In this document: in pieces, positions 35,256 to 47,765 of the stretch
Layout of the letters: each line of letters opens with the position of its first letter
Numbering within the stretch: the stretch's first letter is position 1
NCBI GenBank assembly: GCA_028023455.1
Contig: JAQFVV010000001.1
Span: forward strand, 2,108,001 to 2,172,000
Origin: Epiperipatus broadwayi
Taxonomy: Eukaryota; Animalia; Onychophora
Length of the DNA stretch: 64,000 nt
Reading direction: 5' to 3'
Made by a program: the position numbers and the translations under genes
The notes under the pieces: model-generated
The model's input: the letters and a program-made list of their open reading frames with translations, nothing else
The model's database searches: none
Told to the model about the DNA's origin: nothing

Positions 35256-38200
35256 GATTTTTATTTGCAAAAATCTCATTCAAAATTTATATTTATAATA
35301 AATCATTTTTGGAAAATTCTGTGCTAATTTTTAAAATTATCAATAAACAAAATAAAGTAATAATCACTTTTTTTTTACTATTTTTTCCCCCTATTAAAAA
35401 ACTGTTTAGCATATCAGTAATTCAATAAATATTATTTGTAAACTTTTTGGCATACTCATTTAAAAAAGTTATCCATCACTACTCTAAATGGATTAAGTAC
35501 TGAATGGTAGGGAATATTTAATGAAGAGATTATTAAGATATTGAATGAAGTCTTTACCTATAGTAAATTATTCGAAGCATTATGTTTTGGCAGCTGAATA
35601 GATTTCACTTCAGGATATACACCTGAATATCTCGATAAGAAGGACATGTACTGATGCCACTATTTTGCCCTGAGTCTATAGACTAATGGAAAAACAGTCT
35701 AACAATTAAAGTATACTCTAATTAAATTGGAATAAGTATATTTGAAGCAGTAAGCCCCATATAAATATTTTCCTAATGATTTTTAGCTGAAAGGAATAAA
35801 CTACTTATTAAAGAGAGGAGTATATGTACTGAATGGAGGAAAAAGAAATATCTGGCTCTCAAGAAAAGTTGTGCTAATACAGATAAAAAATAATGCCAGA
35901 CTTTAAAGACATTAATTGGGCTGTCACTGTGTCAAACATTTTTGTCCTGAAACAGTAGAAAAAGAAAACTGAACAAGGAAAGGATAATATTTGTCTTGGA
36001 AAATTAACTTGGTGTCCCAGGAATGTGGCAGCAGTACTCAGACTGGCAGCTTGGCCAGACAGCAGCGGGGGAATGCAAAAAATGTAGCACCACCAAAATT
36101 ATAATGAAGCTCTAGCTCCAGAGACATATAGATGATCATGCATGCAAAGTAGCTAAGAAGGCAACTTTTTTCTTATGGGAAGAATGCTATGTTTATATAT
36201 ATAGTTAGGCTTGAATCTGTATAAGAATGCAAGTATATATATTTACTGTAAAAAGATTTACATATATTGAATCCAAGAAACTCACCTAAAGTTTGCATAA
36301 GTATATATTCATGTAAAAGGAAAAGCTATACAGAAATAAAATATGCACAGACATATTCATATATTAAGTATATAAAGTGTAAATGAAAATGTTACAAATG
36401 CAAAACAGTAATATTAGATTTATAACTTATGTAGAAATTACAAGTGCCAGATTGGATTGAATCTTACGTGGCCAAATTAAACACTTCTCAGAAATGATTT
36501 CTAATTCTAAAAAAAAGTCTAAATCACCTCCTTTCAGAAAACAAAGCAAGGATATATAAACTTGTGGAGAACAATTATATTCATTAGAAGTCTTAAATTC
36601 ATACCTAAAATATGTGATGTGATGTACTGTAGCTTCTCCTTAAACGGAGTCAAGAATCTCTCAACAATTATGCCCAGAGAAACTTGTTAGCCACTTTATT
36701 TTCCATTCCCCGCTCTAAGTTTTCCCATATTCATCTCCATCCCATTTCCACAACATAATCTTTGTCAACTCTATGGCCTTTATATTTAAATCCCCCTTAT
36801 CTTTTTCCAAACCCAGTATAAAAACCGATAATCCACTTTCTGTATAATCACTTTTTTCATATATATTCTTCCATAACTTCATTATATGTGCCCTTTTTGT
36901 TTTCAAGCATTTACATTCAATTAACGGATGCCTAATATTTTCTATTCCTTCCTTACATAATTTACAGACTAAATCATCCATATTTTTCCACTTACATGTA
37001 TATTCTCTTGTTGCTAAAGATCCCGTTCGAACCTTAAACAATAAACTACTTTCCTTAATATTATCATATATTAACTCGCACCTAAAATTCTGTTTATTTC
37101 TATATATATTTAAACTCTTTTTACTCTCCATACTAGTTCTCCATCTCTCTAACTCCCTATTCTTTATTAATAAATCTATTCTTTTAACCCATTCCTTACC
37201 ACTATAACACTCAACAATCCTTCTAACACAATCATCCCATCTTTTGTACAAATATACTGATATAAATTCTTTATCCAAATCTTTTGCATACTGCATTACC
37301 TTTCTCACCCATCTTGTTACCTGCTCTTTACTCATAACCCAATTAAATACTATTTTGGCTATTCTTTTATTATCAATAAAACTGCAATCTATCAAACATT
37401 TTCATTTTACTTTTTGCATCTCTCATATGAAAACTTGACCATCCCATTTCTCCTTGAATTGCCTCCCTTGCTGTCCATACATCTACATCCAATGCATGCC
37501 TTTCTACTTCCCTTTGAACTTTTTCTAAGTAATTTAATACCCGTTTACTAACACATAATGCATCATTACCATATGTTAACCCTGCTACTGCAACTCTCTT
37601 CCATATAATTTTAGCTACATCATATTTATTATATGAAAACAATTTCTTTATCAGTCCCTTTCTTTTCTTTGCTTCATTTATCAATTTTTTCTCCCATTCA
37701 TCCAAATAATTTTTCTGATTACTTAAAATAATTCCGAAATAACTATATCTATTCACCACACTTAACTTAATATCTCCCAATAAAAACTCTACATCTTTTC
37801 TTTCCCCAGTATTAACCATCATTATATTTGATTTTTCTTCACTAAATTTAATCCCCATTTCTTTACCCACCCTTGCACATGTCCTCAGCATAACTTCCAT
37901 ATCTTCTCTTTTTTCTGCACACAAAAGTATATCATCCGCAAAGAAAAGACCTGACAAAATATATACTCCCTTACTACCTATTAACGGTATCTCTATCCCT
38001 CTTCCCAATCTTTCTATTGCTCTTTCTATTTCACTTAAATACAACACAAACAAAATAGGTGACATAGGGCATTCTTGCCTTAGTCCCACCCCATTTTTAA
38101 CTTTAACTGATTCTATATTCCCTAATTGATTTATATAATAATTATTTTCATATAATTTCTTAATAATATCCATTAAAACTTCATCCATTCCCAAATTTGC

Positions 38201-39847
38201 TAAACTTATCTATAATCTATTTCTATTTACTCTATCATATGCTTTTCTATATCTATAAAACTCATATATAACTGTTTACCTGAATTCCTACTCATATCCA
38301 TAAGTTGTGTAACTATAAATAAACTATCTCCTATATGCCTATCTAATCTAAAACCTCCTTGCATTTCCCCCACTACATTATTCCCTTCCATCCATTTTAC
38401 AATTCTTCTAGCCACTATAAATAAGAAAACTTTATATAAAACTGATGTTACCGCTATCGGTCTATAATTATTTAACTTACTATGATGCTTACCCTTTCCT
38501 TTAAATAATAATCTTACTCTTGTATTACTACAACTACTTGGAAAAACTATTATGTGCCATCTTATTAAAACAGGATAATAACTTTACTTTTGCTCTATAT
38601 CCTAAATTCACTGCCCACCTCTTGCCTTTCCACTTTTCAATTTCTTCTCTACCTCATTCAGTTCATTTTCTGTAAACCTAATATTTCCATTACTATATGT
38701 TTTCTATCACCCTATCCTTCACATCTAACATCTTTTCTATATTCATTACATATCTATTTAAGATTCTCTCTAAATCTTCTCTAGAGCTGCCCTCTATTCC
38801 CTCATCATTTAGTAATACTATCTCTCTCTCCCCCTACATTTTTCCTTTTAATGTAATTCCAAAATTTTTTACTCCCATCTCTTCCACTTTTATTAATATC
38901 TTCCAACAATTTACTATTCAATTTCATTCTCTCTCAACAATTATCTATTTTAGCCAACTTCTTCTTTTCTAAGTACTTTTCCTATTTAACATTAATATCT
39001 TTTTCACTGTCCTTGTTCTTAATAGTACACTTATATTCTCAACATGCTTCTTTCCTCTCTTTTACACTTTTACTAATTCTCATTTTTTATTTTATTCTTA
39101 AAACCCTATTTGCCACTTTTTCTACTTTACACCAGTCCTTATACTCGTCCCCAATCAACTCTTCCATGATTTCTTCAACTTGTATTTTATACTCTTCCAA
39201 CTTATTCTTATCATCCATTCTCCATCTACATCTTTCACTATTATTTCTACTTTTATTTCTATTCTCCATCACATTACTAACCATTCCAATTACAACGAAG
39301 TTATGATCACTAGTGCATACTTTTTCTACATTATCAAACACCTTAATTTTCCATATTTTATTCATTCCCTCTTCTCTACCAATACATAATCTATTGTGTG
39401 AAATATATTATTTCTAGACCATGTATATTGTCCCTCATAAATATTTAATAAATTTCCAATACTCAAATTCACTTTCTGACAAAATTTCTTCAAAAGTTGT
39501 CCATTTTTATTATCTACATCATCAGTTTCTTCAATATGTCCATTCATATCCCCTATAACCATTATTCTCTTCCCCTTTTCTTTAAAACTTTGTATATCCT
39601 TAACTAGACATTCATATGTGTTACTGTTCCACTCCGTTATAATTTAACTATCTCCAGTGGCTATAGAAACTATAACCACTATCCATTCTTGTCTACCCAA
39701 TCTTATTTCAAACCACAAATGTTCTTGACATTTAACAATATTTAAATATTTTTTTGATATAACACCTATACCACCACCCCTTTTTTCTTTTACTTTTCTA
39801 TTTATACCCTGCCATACCAACTGTTCCAAAATAGGTTCTTCTCTTAG

Positions 39848-40171
39848 ATGTGTTTCCACTACTGCTAATATCTCAAGCTCTTCATTTTCAATTGTTTTAT
39901 TTAATTCCATCCACTTTTCTGGTCTCCTACCACCTTGCATATTTAAAAACCCAATTTTAACAATTTCTTCTTTCCTAACTACTCTTTTATAAATTCTCTT
40001 AATTCTTTCATGTGTTTCCACTACTGCTAATATCTCAAGCTCTTCATTTTCAATTGTTTTATTTAATTCCATCCACTTTTCTGGTCTCCTACCACCTTGC
40101 ATATTTAAAAACCCAATTTTAACAATTTCTTCTTTCCTAACTACTCTTTTATAAATTCTCTTAATTCTTTC
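39848..40171. repeat. Exact 162-bp (54-codon) tandem duplication at the APE N-terminus
   Basis: 39848-40009 equals 40010-40171; ORF 39644-40102 shows MQGGRRPEKW..VVETH twice. Confidence 0.95.
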
Positions 40172-40314
40172 TTCTCCATTACATTTATAAATAATTTTCT
40201 TACCATTAATTTTACAAACCCATTATATCTAAATCAAATTCCTTTTGCCTATTTTTTACATTCCATCATTTTTTTTCTTTTTAATAATATTACAATTTAA
40301 AATCCCACCCCCTT

Positions 40315-41151
40315 TTATAAGTTTCCTGAAAAATATTCTTTATAAATCAGACTCCCTAAAACTTCACTTCCATGTTTTCCTAAATGTAATCCATTTTCAC
40401 TATATAACTCTCTCTTTCCAATAAAACAATCCCACACATCCACAAACATAACATTATTTCTCTCACACAATTTTTTCAATCTCTCATTTATAAAACATGC
40501 CCTATCTAACAAATGCCTCTTGTCAAATCTTGGTAATAATCCAACTACTCCTACTCTTCCTTTAATCATAGTCAAATTCCTAATCAATTCTACATACTCA
40601 TCCATTATTCTCTCTGATGATTCTGATAAATTATTAGTCCCCACCCTAACATACACATCTCTACTACCTTGCTTTTTTACTTTATCTGCTACATCCTTAA
40701 TTCTAGCTCCAGGCAAACATACTCTTACATACCTGCTTCTATTTTCCCTTGCAATTGTATCCTCACATTCTATAATTAGTGAATCTCTCAATACTGTTTC
40801 ATAATCTACTTTCTCTACTCCATTCATAATATTTTCTAGTACCTTCTGGTCCTCCTTATCTATTTCTTCCTTATCATTCCTACTCAATAATTCCTTTATC
40901 TCCTCACATTTTATGTCTAATGATTTTAATTTTACTTCTACATCCTTCACTTTTTCCTCTATCTTATTTATTCTTTGGCTAATCTCCGTTGTGCTATTAC
41001 TTTCTCCACCCATATTTCCTGACACTCCACTAAAACCATACTCTATCCTATCTTCCTTAACTACATTTTGCTCCCTTTCCACTATCTTTCTCTTTAGACT
41101 ATAATTACACTTAAAAACCACTTTCTCACCTCTTTTATCACATTTACACAC
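40315..41151 (-). CDS. LINE ORF1 coiled-coil plus SGNH/GDSL esterase-like domain
   Basis: 278-aa ORF with the SGNH block motifs typical of LINE ORF1 esterases. Confidence 0.8.
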   Translation of the reverse strand: MCKCDKRGEKVVFKCNYSLKRKIVEREQNVVKEDRIEYGFSGVSGNMGGESNSTTEISQRINKIEEKVKDVEVKLKSLDIKCEEIKELLSRNDKEEIDKEDQKVLENIMNGVEKVDYETVLRDSLIIECEDTIARENRSRYVRVCLPGARIKDVADKVKKQGSRDVYVRVGTNNLSESSERIMDEYVELIRNLTMIKGRVGVVGLLPRFDKRHLLDRACFINERLKKLCERNNVMFVDVWDCFIGKRELYSENGLHLGKHGSEVLGSLIYKEYFSGNL

Positions 41152-41650
41152 TGACTACATAACCATAAACCTATTACATTCTTCCTAGTCTTATTTAAAC
41201 ATTTCAAGTGATAAACCTCATCACATACAATACATTCCACCACAGCACACCTAATTTCTTTTTTCCTATTATATATACATTGTGGAATACAAATGCAATC
41301 CATATTCTTTATTTTATGTATTTTTCGAACATTATATTTTTTCTTAAAAGTAAATGTTTCTTAAATTTTAAAAAATCTTTAAATAACAAATTTACTAAAA
41401 ACTAATCAACAAAATAACTTTTTAAAAAAATTCCTATATATAAATAATAAAACAAAAAAAAACACCACTTTTTTTAAAAATTTCTATATATATAAATAAC
41501 AAACTGAAAAAACTTTAAAACAAATAAAAGACACAATTTTCAATCTTTCAAATACTCTTAACCACTAATTACACTTTCATACACCAGAATAATTAATAAA
41601 TATTAATGCTCTCAGACAAATATTAAGATAAAAAAAAAACAACAACTTAT

Positions 41651-41938
41651 ATGTGATGTGATGTACTGTAGCTTTTTCTTAAATGAAATCAAGAATCAGC
41701 AATTATACCAAGAAAAACTTGTTAGCTACTTAATTTTCCATTCCCCTGTCTAAGTTTTTCCGTATTCTGCTCCATCCCATTTCCACAACATAATCTTTGT
41801 CAACTCTACAGCCCTTATATCTAAATCCCTCTTATCTTTTTCCAAACCCAGCATAAAAAACAATCTACTTTCTGTATAATCACTTTTTTCATATTTATTT
41901 TTCCATAACTTCATTATATTTACCCTTTCTGTCTTCAT
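41651..41938 (-). mobile_element. 3'-end fragment (~290 bp) of the same LINE family
   Basis: Matches 36612-36905, including the (CATCA)n tail. Confidence 0.9.
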
Positions 41939-43191
41939 ACAGTAGGGCCATCTAGTGCAAGCTACAGTAATCAATAAATGCTAAAGGTTTTAATAGGTTG
42001 TGCAATAAAAAGAAATGGTCATATGATGTTTTAATGGTTTAAATATATACCTCTGAAATGTAGAAAGCAGGCATAGTTAAAGCTATGCAGACCACTGATT
42101 TTATTGTGATTTTTGTAAGCTGCTGCATTTAATAATAAGATTACTAATGCATATGCTATCATGTATTAGGTCGTAAATATTAGTTTATAATATATGTGGT
42201 CAAACCCTTTATAATCCTATGCTAAGCTAATTCATATTTATATATGAATATTGTTATAGGAGTGATGTCAAGTATTTGTACTTCTCCAATACTGATTACT
42301 ATTAAAGGATTATCACCGAATTCAAATAAGTTAACTTAAACAGCATATATTGTATTCAAGTAACAATTATTCTTTAAATATTGATACATGATTACCATTT
42401 ACTAGGAAAACCAAGCATCATCTCTGTTGAGCTTGTCCAGATTTTTGAAGCTAATTAATCTGTGATTCATTGTTACAGGAGCTTCCCATTAAGGATATGA
42501 TTGCCATATCCAAGGATGGATATGGCAATCGCATTTGATGAAGTGCAACTCCATATAATCTGGAAGAGTTTTAGCTTGGATACTAAACATGCTAAAATCA
42601 TCCAGAAGCGTTTTACGGAATGAAACCAAAGATAGGAGAGATTTAAGTTTCACAAAAAAAAAAAAATCAGTTTTCTTTTAAGAAAATAAAATAAATGTTC
42701 ACCAAGTTTCTTATTGTTATTTTATCTAGTCTATGTAGTTTGAAAAGATTTTCAGACAGCATTTGTAAATGAAAACAGATGATGACTCATACAAATAATG
42801 AATTAAGACTGAAAATTTAATTTTTGTTTTTTAATACAATTTAGATGGATGTAATAAAAAATTCAGATTATTATTCCTAGTTCTAATGACCAACTATTTT
42901 TCTTAATAAAATTTGACATGATAAAAATCAACGCTGTTTATATCAATAAAATTAACCATATATCACAAAATAAAAGTTAACTTTATTGACCAAAAAAGAA
43001 AGTATAAATTTTCACTATCAACTTATGGGAACTATTATTCTTGTGAACTTTTGTTTCAAAACTAAACATGCAGTATTGATTAGACAAGGTAGATATCATG
43101 CCTTGGTGGTTTATTTTTGGAGTTTGTCGAAGGATTACATATAATCTCTATGATAATGGAATTAAAGAAAACCTTTTCTCATGATGCATTA

Positions 43192-43407
43192 ATTACAGAG
43201 GAAAAACTCCATACAGTAGTGCCACTCAGTGCAAGCCAGAATAATCAGTGGATGCAGGAAGGTTTGGTCATAAAATCCTTATCTAGTGCCTACTCATCCA
43301 ATATCTCCAGACTAGTTTCAAGCTTGTAATATATGGAGAGTTTTGCCTATTTATTATCAGTTTATGTTACCATAAAGAATGGTGATCATGGGATGTGCAG
43401 TGGTTTA
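43192..43407 (+). mobile_element. HHR fold-back retroposon family, copy 6
   Basis: Inverted arm running into GACTAGTTTC, then the sense 3' end; TSD ATGATGCATTA at 43181-43191 and 43408-43418. Confidence 0.85.
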
Positions 43408-44564
43408 ATGATGCATTATTAATATATGGCTTAATTATGGAAATAAAGGATCTAATTTTTTATTTCTCCTGATGGAGTATTATCCGATAATTGGGGACTG
43501 CAAATTTTTATTATTATTGTACATTTTAATGTGCTTCTTCTCCTTCAATGAAAAGTAGTCTGTGGTAATATTTTATGTTGATTTTTTTGATACTTTTTGG
43601 TGTAATATGAAATAGATGTCATAGATGAACAAAGTAGAAGTGACATTTGTGATTTGATATCAGCAAAATTTGTCACAAGTTTCTTTACCAGTCTAGCTTT
43701 AGGAACTTAGTCAATTGCATAGTGATAACTTAGTTGTAGTTTTGTAATTTTAAATATATATATATATATATTTTTATATTAATAGCAGAAACAGAATTAT
43801 TGCCTGAAAATGTGCATCTTTCTTTTTGAAAACTCCAATCTCGGGGGAATAAATAGATCCATTTCATTAAGAAAAATTGGTCAAGTCTTTTTTGCTATTG
43901 TATTATATTCATTAATGAAGAATAAACTTGACATGATTGACAATAATTCTAGAAATATAATGACTATAGATTCCATCCGTAAGATTCTCTTGCAAAAAAC
44001 TTAAGATTTTTGATCTAGATAAGAAAAGCAGAAGACTACCATAAGTATTATTGCAACCCCTTAAGCAAGAAGTCAACAAACATCTACTAGCTGATCTTTA
44101 TTGAAGCATAGTCTCCTTGAGAAATGGATAATAGAGGATAAACAATATTTTTTTATATTAAATTTTAAAGAAAACTTCTTACCCTGGTCTGAAGGATTCT
44201 TCATCGATCAAGTCTGATTTAACAAGAGTTCTTTAATGGTAGGATCAAGACGTCAAAAGATATCTGAAAATCTCCACAACAAATCTTCTAACATTCTTAG
44301 AATGAAAAAACTGTGTTAAGAGAAATAAAATATTCTTTGGCAAATGCATTTGGAAGCTTCAGCTATTTATAGAAAGTGTAAATAAAGGTCATTTAATTTA
44401 TTTCCAGTATCAATTTTTTACTTCAGATATATTAAACCTCGGTTCCTTTATGCTCCTGTGCAACTTATCTATTCATAAACTGATTTTTTTGGGTGTAGAT
44501 CTGTGAGGATGCAACATTTTGTTGTACTATATCTGCAAGCTGCATTCTAAGAAAATATGTGATT

Positions 44565-44660
44565 TTAAATGATTATCATTCTTTATGCTTATACAATCTG
44601 TTTACACAGAGGCTGAACTCTCCATACAGTAGCCACTCATTGCAAGCCAGAATAATTAAT
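44565..44660 (-). mobile_element. HHR fold-back retroposon family, copy 7 (3'-end fragment)
   Basis: AACTCTCCATACAGTAGCCACTCATTGCAAGCCAGAATAAT preceded by a degenerate tail. Confidence 0.65.
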
Positions 44661-44799
44661 AGAAATACCTCATGTATTTTTGAAGTTATGATGACTATTA
44701 TAAAAACTTATGAACATTTTTTTTTATCTCTAAATGCTCCTCCCCTCTCTCTCTTTCATTTTTAAATATTGAAAACAAAATCATTCATAATTTTCCTAA

Positions 44800-44894
44800 G
44801 CAGTATTATGGAATCACGGATTTGAGAGCTAAATGTTCTGGATCAAAGCCCAACTTGTCACTGACATATCTTTTTTAAAAAAAAGATATGTCAG
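44800..44894 (+). repeat. tRNA/SINE-like remnant followed by a 34-bp palindrome (44861-44894)
   Basis: GAGCTAAATGTTCTGGATCAAAGCCC..TTGTCACT resembles 20890-20935 and 53570-53595; palindrome CTGACATATCTTTTTT-AA-AAAAAAGATATGTCAG. Confidence 0.45.
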
Positions 44895-45630
44895 ATTAAA
44901 TATACTATATCAAATAATGCATGCTGAAAGACTAAATGTTAAATGATCATTTGAGAAACAGAAGTCAATATTATGATTATTTAATAGAATATTTCAAAAC
45001 AAATTTTTTAAATTTAGTTTCTTAAGTATAATTTATAAGATTATAAATGTTAATGTTTTTTCCTCTTGTTCTATCCTGTATTACTACAATGTTGGATTTT
45101 ATTTAGCTCATAATCAAAATGTAGTTTAGGTAATTTGGTTTCTTCTGGAATAAAAGTTAACTTCTATCTACACAGATATATTGATATTGTCATCTTACAA
45201 GATTTTATTTATCAATTTTGTCTTCATTAAATTAAGTTATAAATTGAACTTTATCATTAACATAAAATAGATCTATATTCAATGGGTTAGTAGTTGGAAA
45301 TATATGCAAAGACTTGTTAACAAGTTAAAATTTGTAAATTGATTAATAGTTTCATATTTTTGGTACAAATAGAAAGCATATTATTGGTTAACCTGCTATT
45401 ATTGCGTTTGTGGTCAATAGAAAGATAAGGAATATAATCTTTGACATTCAGTTGTGATTAAACTTTTATTTATTTAATTTTATAAATAAAGCATGTAAAT
45501 ATTTTCTTTATATTATATATCTTTTTTTTTTTTAATCTTAAATTATAAATCAAAAGATGCATTTGTTATCTATTATATGAGACATCAGAGTAAAAAATGT
45601 ACTAAAATTTATATTTTAACATATCATTTA

Positions 45631-45685
45631 TCAGAGGCAAAACTCTCCATACAGTAGCACCAATGAATAGTGATGTTTGATGGTT
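45631..45685 (+). mobile_element. HHR fold-back retroposon family, copy 8 (55 bp, the smallest)
   Basis: TCAGAGGCAAAACTCTCCATACAGTAGCAC plus terminal GTGATGTTTGATGGTT; 14-bp TSD TAACATATCATTTA/TAACTTATCATTTA (one mismatch). Confidence 0.8.
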
Positions 45686-46292
45686 TAACTTATCATTTAA
45701 CTGGTATTAAAATAATTTCCTTAAGTAATCGTTCATAATAAACTATATAGTCAACTACATGCAGATTATGTTACTGTTCCTTATACATAGAAAATATAAA
45801 GAACATCAAATATAGCCTTAATGCATCTTAAATGTAGAACATCCTATTTTAAAAGCAAATGCTTTATTAAAATTTATGGTAGAAAATATACATTTCTAAA
45901 TTTAATTGTCTCTATTCCAAAATGCACTCACTAGAACACTATTGAATTTCTTGGGCATTACTAAGTTTTCATTATTAATGAACCATGCTTTTATTTTCTG
46001 ACTCCTGTTATTGTATTTTCAATCCTAAAGAAATAAAAGTGGTTACAGTCAGTGTAATTATAGGAAACAAAATAAAAGTAAAATTCATAATGCAGATTCA
46101 GTATAGAACTTCAAACTGAATAGTGTTCAGTTGAGTACCTGTTAAAATGTGCAATTAAATTTAGAAGTGGATATTTCCTATCATAAATTTCAATATATTT
46201 GCTTTTGAAAAAGAATGCTTTGTGCCAAAAATGATTTAAGATTGTATTTAATGTTTTTATATTTTCTCCATGTAAGAATGAATGCATATAGA

Positions 46293-46850
46293 CAGGGCCA
46301 ATAAGGGGAGGGAGACAGGAGGGGCAGCTGCCCTGGGCCTCACAATATTAGGTGCCTCAACTTGGCAACACAGTATATTAAACAAAAATATAGAAGGCAA
46401 AGCAATGTCACAGTTCATAGAACAGTCTTAATTTTACAGTTAAATTCCCCCAAAAATATTTAAAAAGAACTTTTACAAGCAGGCATACCATGAGTCATAA
46501 GCCAGTTTAGGGATGAGGTGCCAATTTGATGACTCTGCAACTGCAGCACTCGCTGACTGGCAAAACTAATAGTCTCAGTCCCCTGTCAGTCATTTCTGTG
46601 CTAACAGTGCTTTACGATACTAACATTGCTAGAGTGAATTTACCCTAACCAAGTGCTATCTAAATCTGCTCTGCTTGCATGTTTCTGAGACTCATAACTA
46701 ACTACTCCCAGAGTCCTGTTTTCAGCCTTGTAAGTAAAAACTTTCGTTTCTTCTCTCCCCCCCCCCCCCCACATTCTTATTTTAAATTTTGAAGGGTCTC
46801 TAAAATATTAGTTGACCTGGGCATAGACACATGATTGGATAGACTTCTTT
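46293..46850. mobile_element. Probable GC-rich MITE starting CAGGGCC
   Basis: Start CAGGGCC..GGGGCAGCTGCCCTGGGCC typical of hAT-type MITEs; right end degenerate. Confidence 0.4.
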
Positions 46851-47765
46851 GATAACAACAGCATAAAAAAAAATCTAATGTCAAAGCTGTATCAAAACTA
46901 AATAGCTTCTGCATTTAACCAAGTGCTTTTCTGCAGTCTTACTACAATTTTTCAATTAAAAATGTACTTTTATTTACTTTTCATAAGTGATTAAAAAGCT
47001 GTACAATCTTCTGAATAGATTATATTTATTAATGCAATATTGATTCTAGTTTTTTTTTGCAGCAAATTTTTGAAAGATAATATCTTACCTAATTATAATC
47101 TTTATTCTCAGATAAATTTATTTAATAAAAGCAATTGATACTTCACATTTAAAGAGTGAATTTGAAATAATGTTTTAAGTTAAATGGGATCAGCCTTTTC
47201 CACTGAAGATGTGTTTTTACAATTTCTGTATTTATTATCATCAAAGACAATAATTTGTAGACATACTGATTATTCTTATGCTTTCCCATCATATTGCTGA
47301 TTTAGTAAAATAAATGTATCATTTGAAGAAAAACTCTATATTACACAAAGAATGGGGATTTATTAAGCATTATGATTTTGGTATTCATTTTTATTTACTA
47401 AAGCTTATAGTGATAGAGATGGTGAGAAAGTGTGTCTATTTTTAAACATGTTACATTAGGCAACACACTAGTTTGTCTGCACCTTATCATTCAGCAAGAT
47501 ATTTAAATTAATCCACATTTTCAATCTGTTATTAATCTGCCCCCAGAGTTGTTGAAATTTTTTTACCCCCATTACCACCAATAAAAATAGATAGATGGGT
47601 TTTTTTAAATTGTTGTTTTTTTAACTTTTATTAATAAAACAACTTCATACATTACCACATATATAATGAACATTATTAATCTAATTCATATCCACATATT
47701 ACCTAGCTTGATTCTGTAATTCTTCTCTAAATGACTATTTTGTTCATCCAATAATTACTAGATTA

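Larger units (their letters stand above)
36612..41600 (-). mobile_element. Full-length LINE (PHD+SGNH esterase ORF1; APE-RT-CCHC ORF2), copy B, fragmented; clade uncertain (CR1/L2 group or RTEX-like)
   Basis: PHD-like MDCIC..ECIVCDEVYHLKC..WLCSQC (41094-41303); esterase DSL..CLPGA..VGTNN..GLLPR..GLHL (40315-41151); APE GFLNMQG..VVETH..GDMNGH..IDYVL; RT GLRQECPMSP, LFFADD; C-terminal CKLC..H..IEC; (CATCA)n tail. Confidence 0.9.

Noticed and set aside
35605-35660. HHR-like ACAC-CTGAATA-TCTC..GAAG-GACATGTA
   Set aside because: C3 faces U8 (unpaired), GAAA is missing and the stems are weak.
993-41104. Many 60-110 aa hydrophobic ORFs (e.g. 993-1181, 3866-4183, 18100-18432, 32643-32915, 38697-39389, 40520-41104)
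   Set aside because: They are antisense shadows of purine-rich LINE coding strands.
44183-44263. Selenoprotein exon (two UGA)
   Set aside because: No redox CxxU-type context and no SECIS identified.
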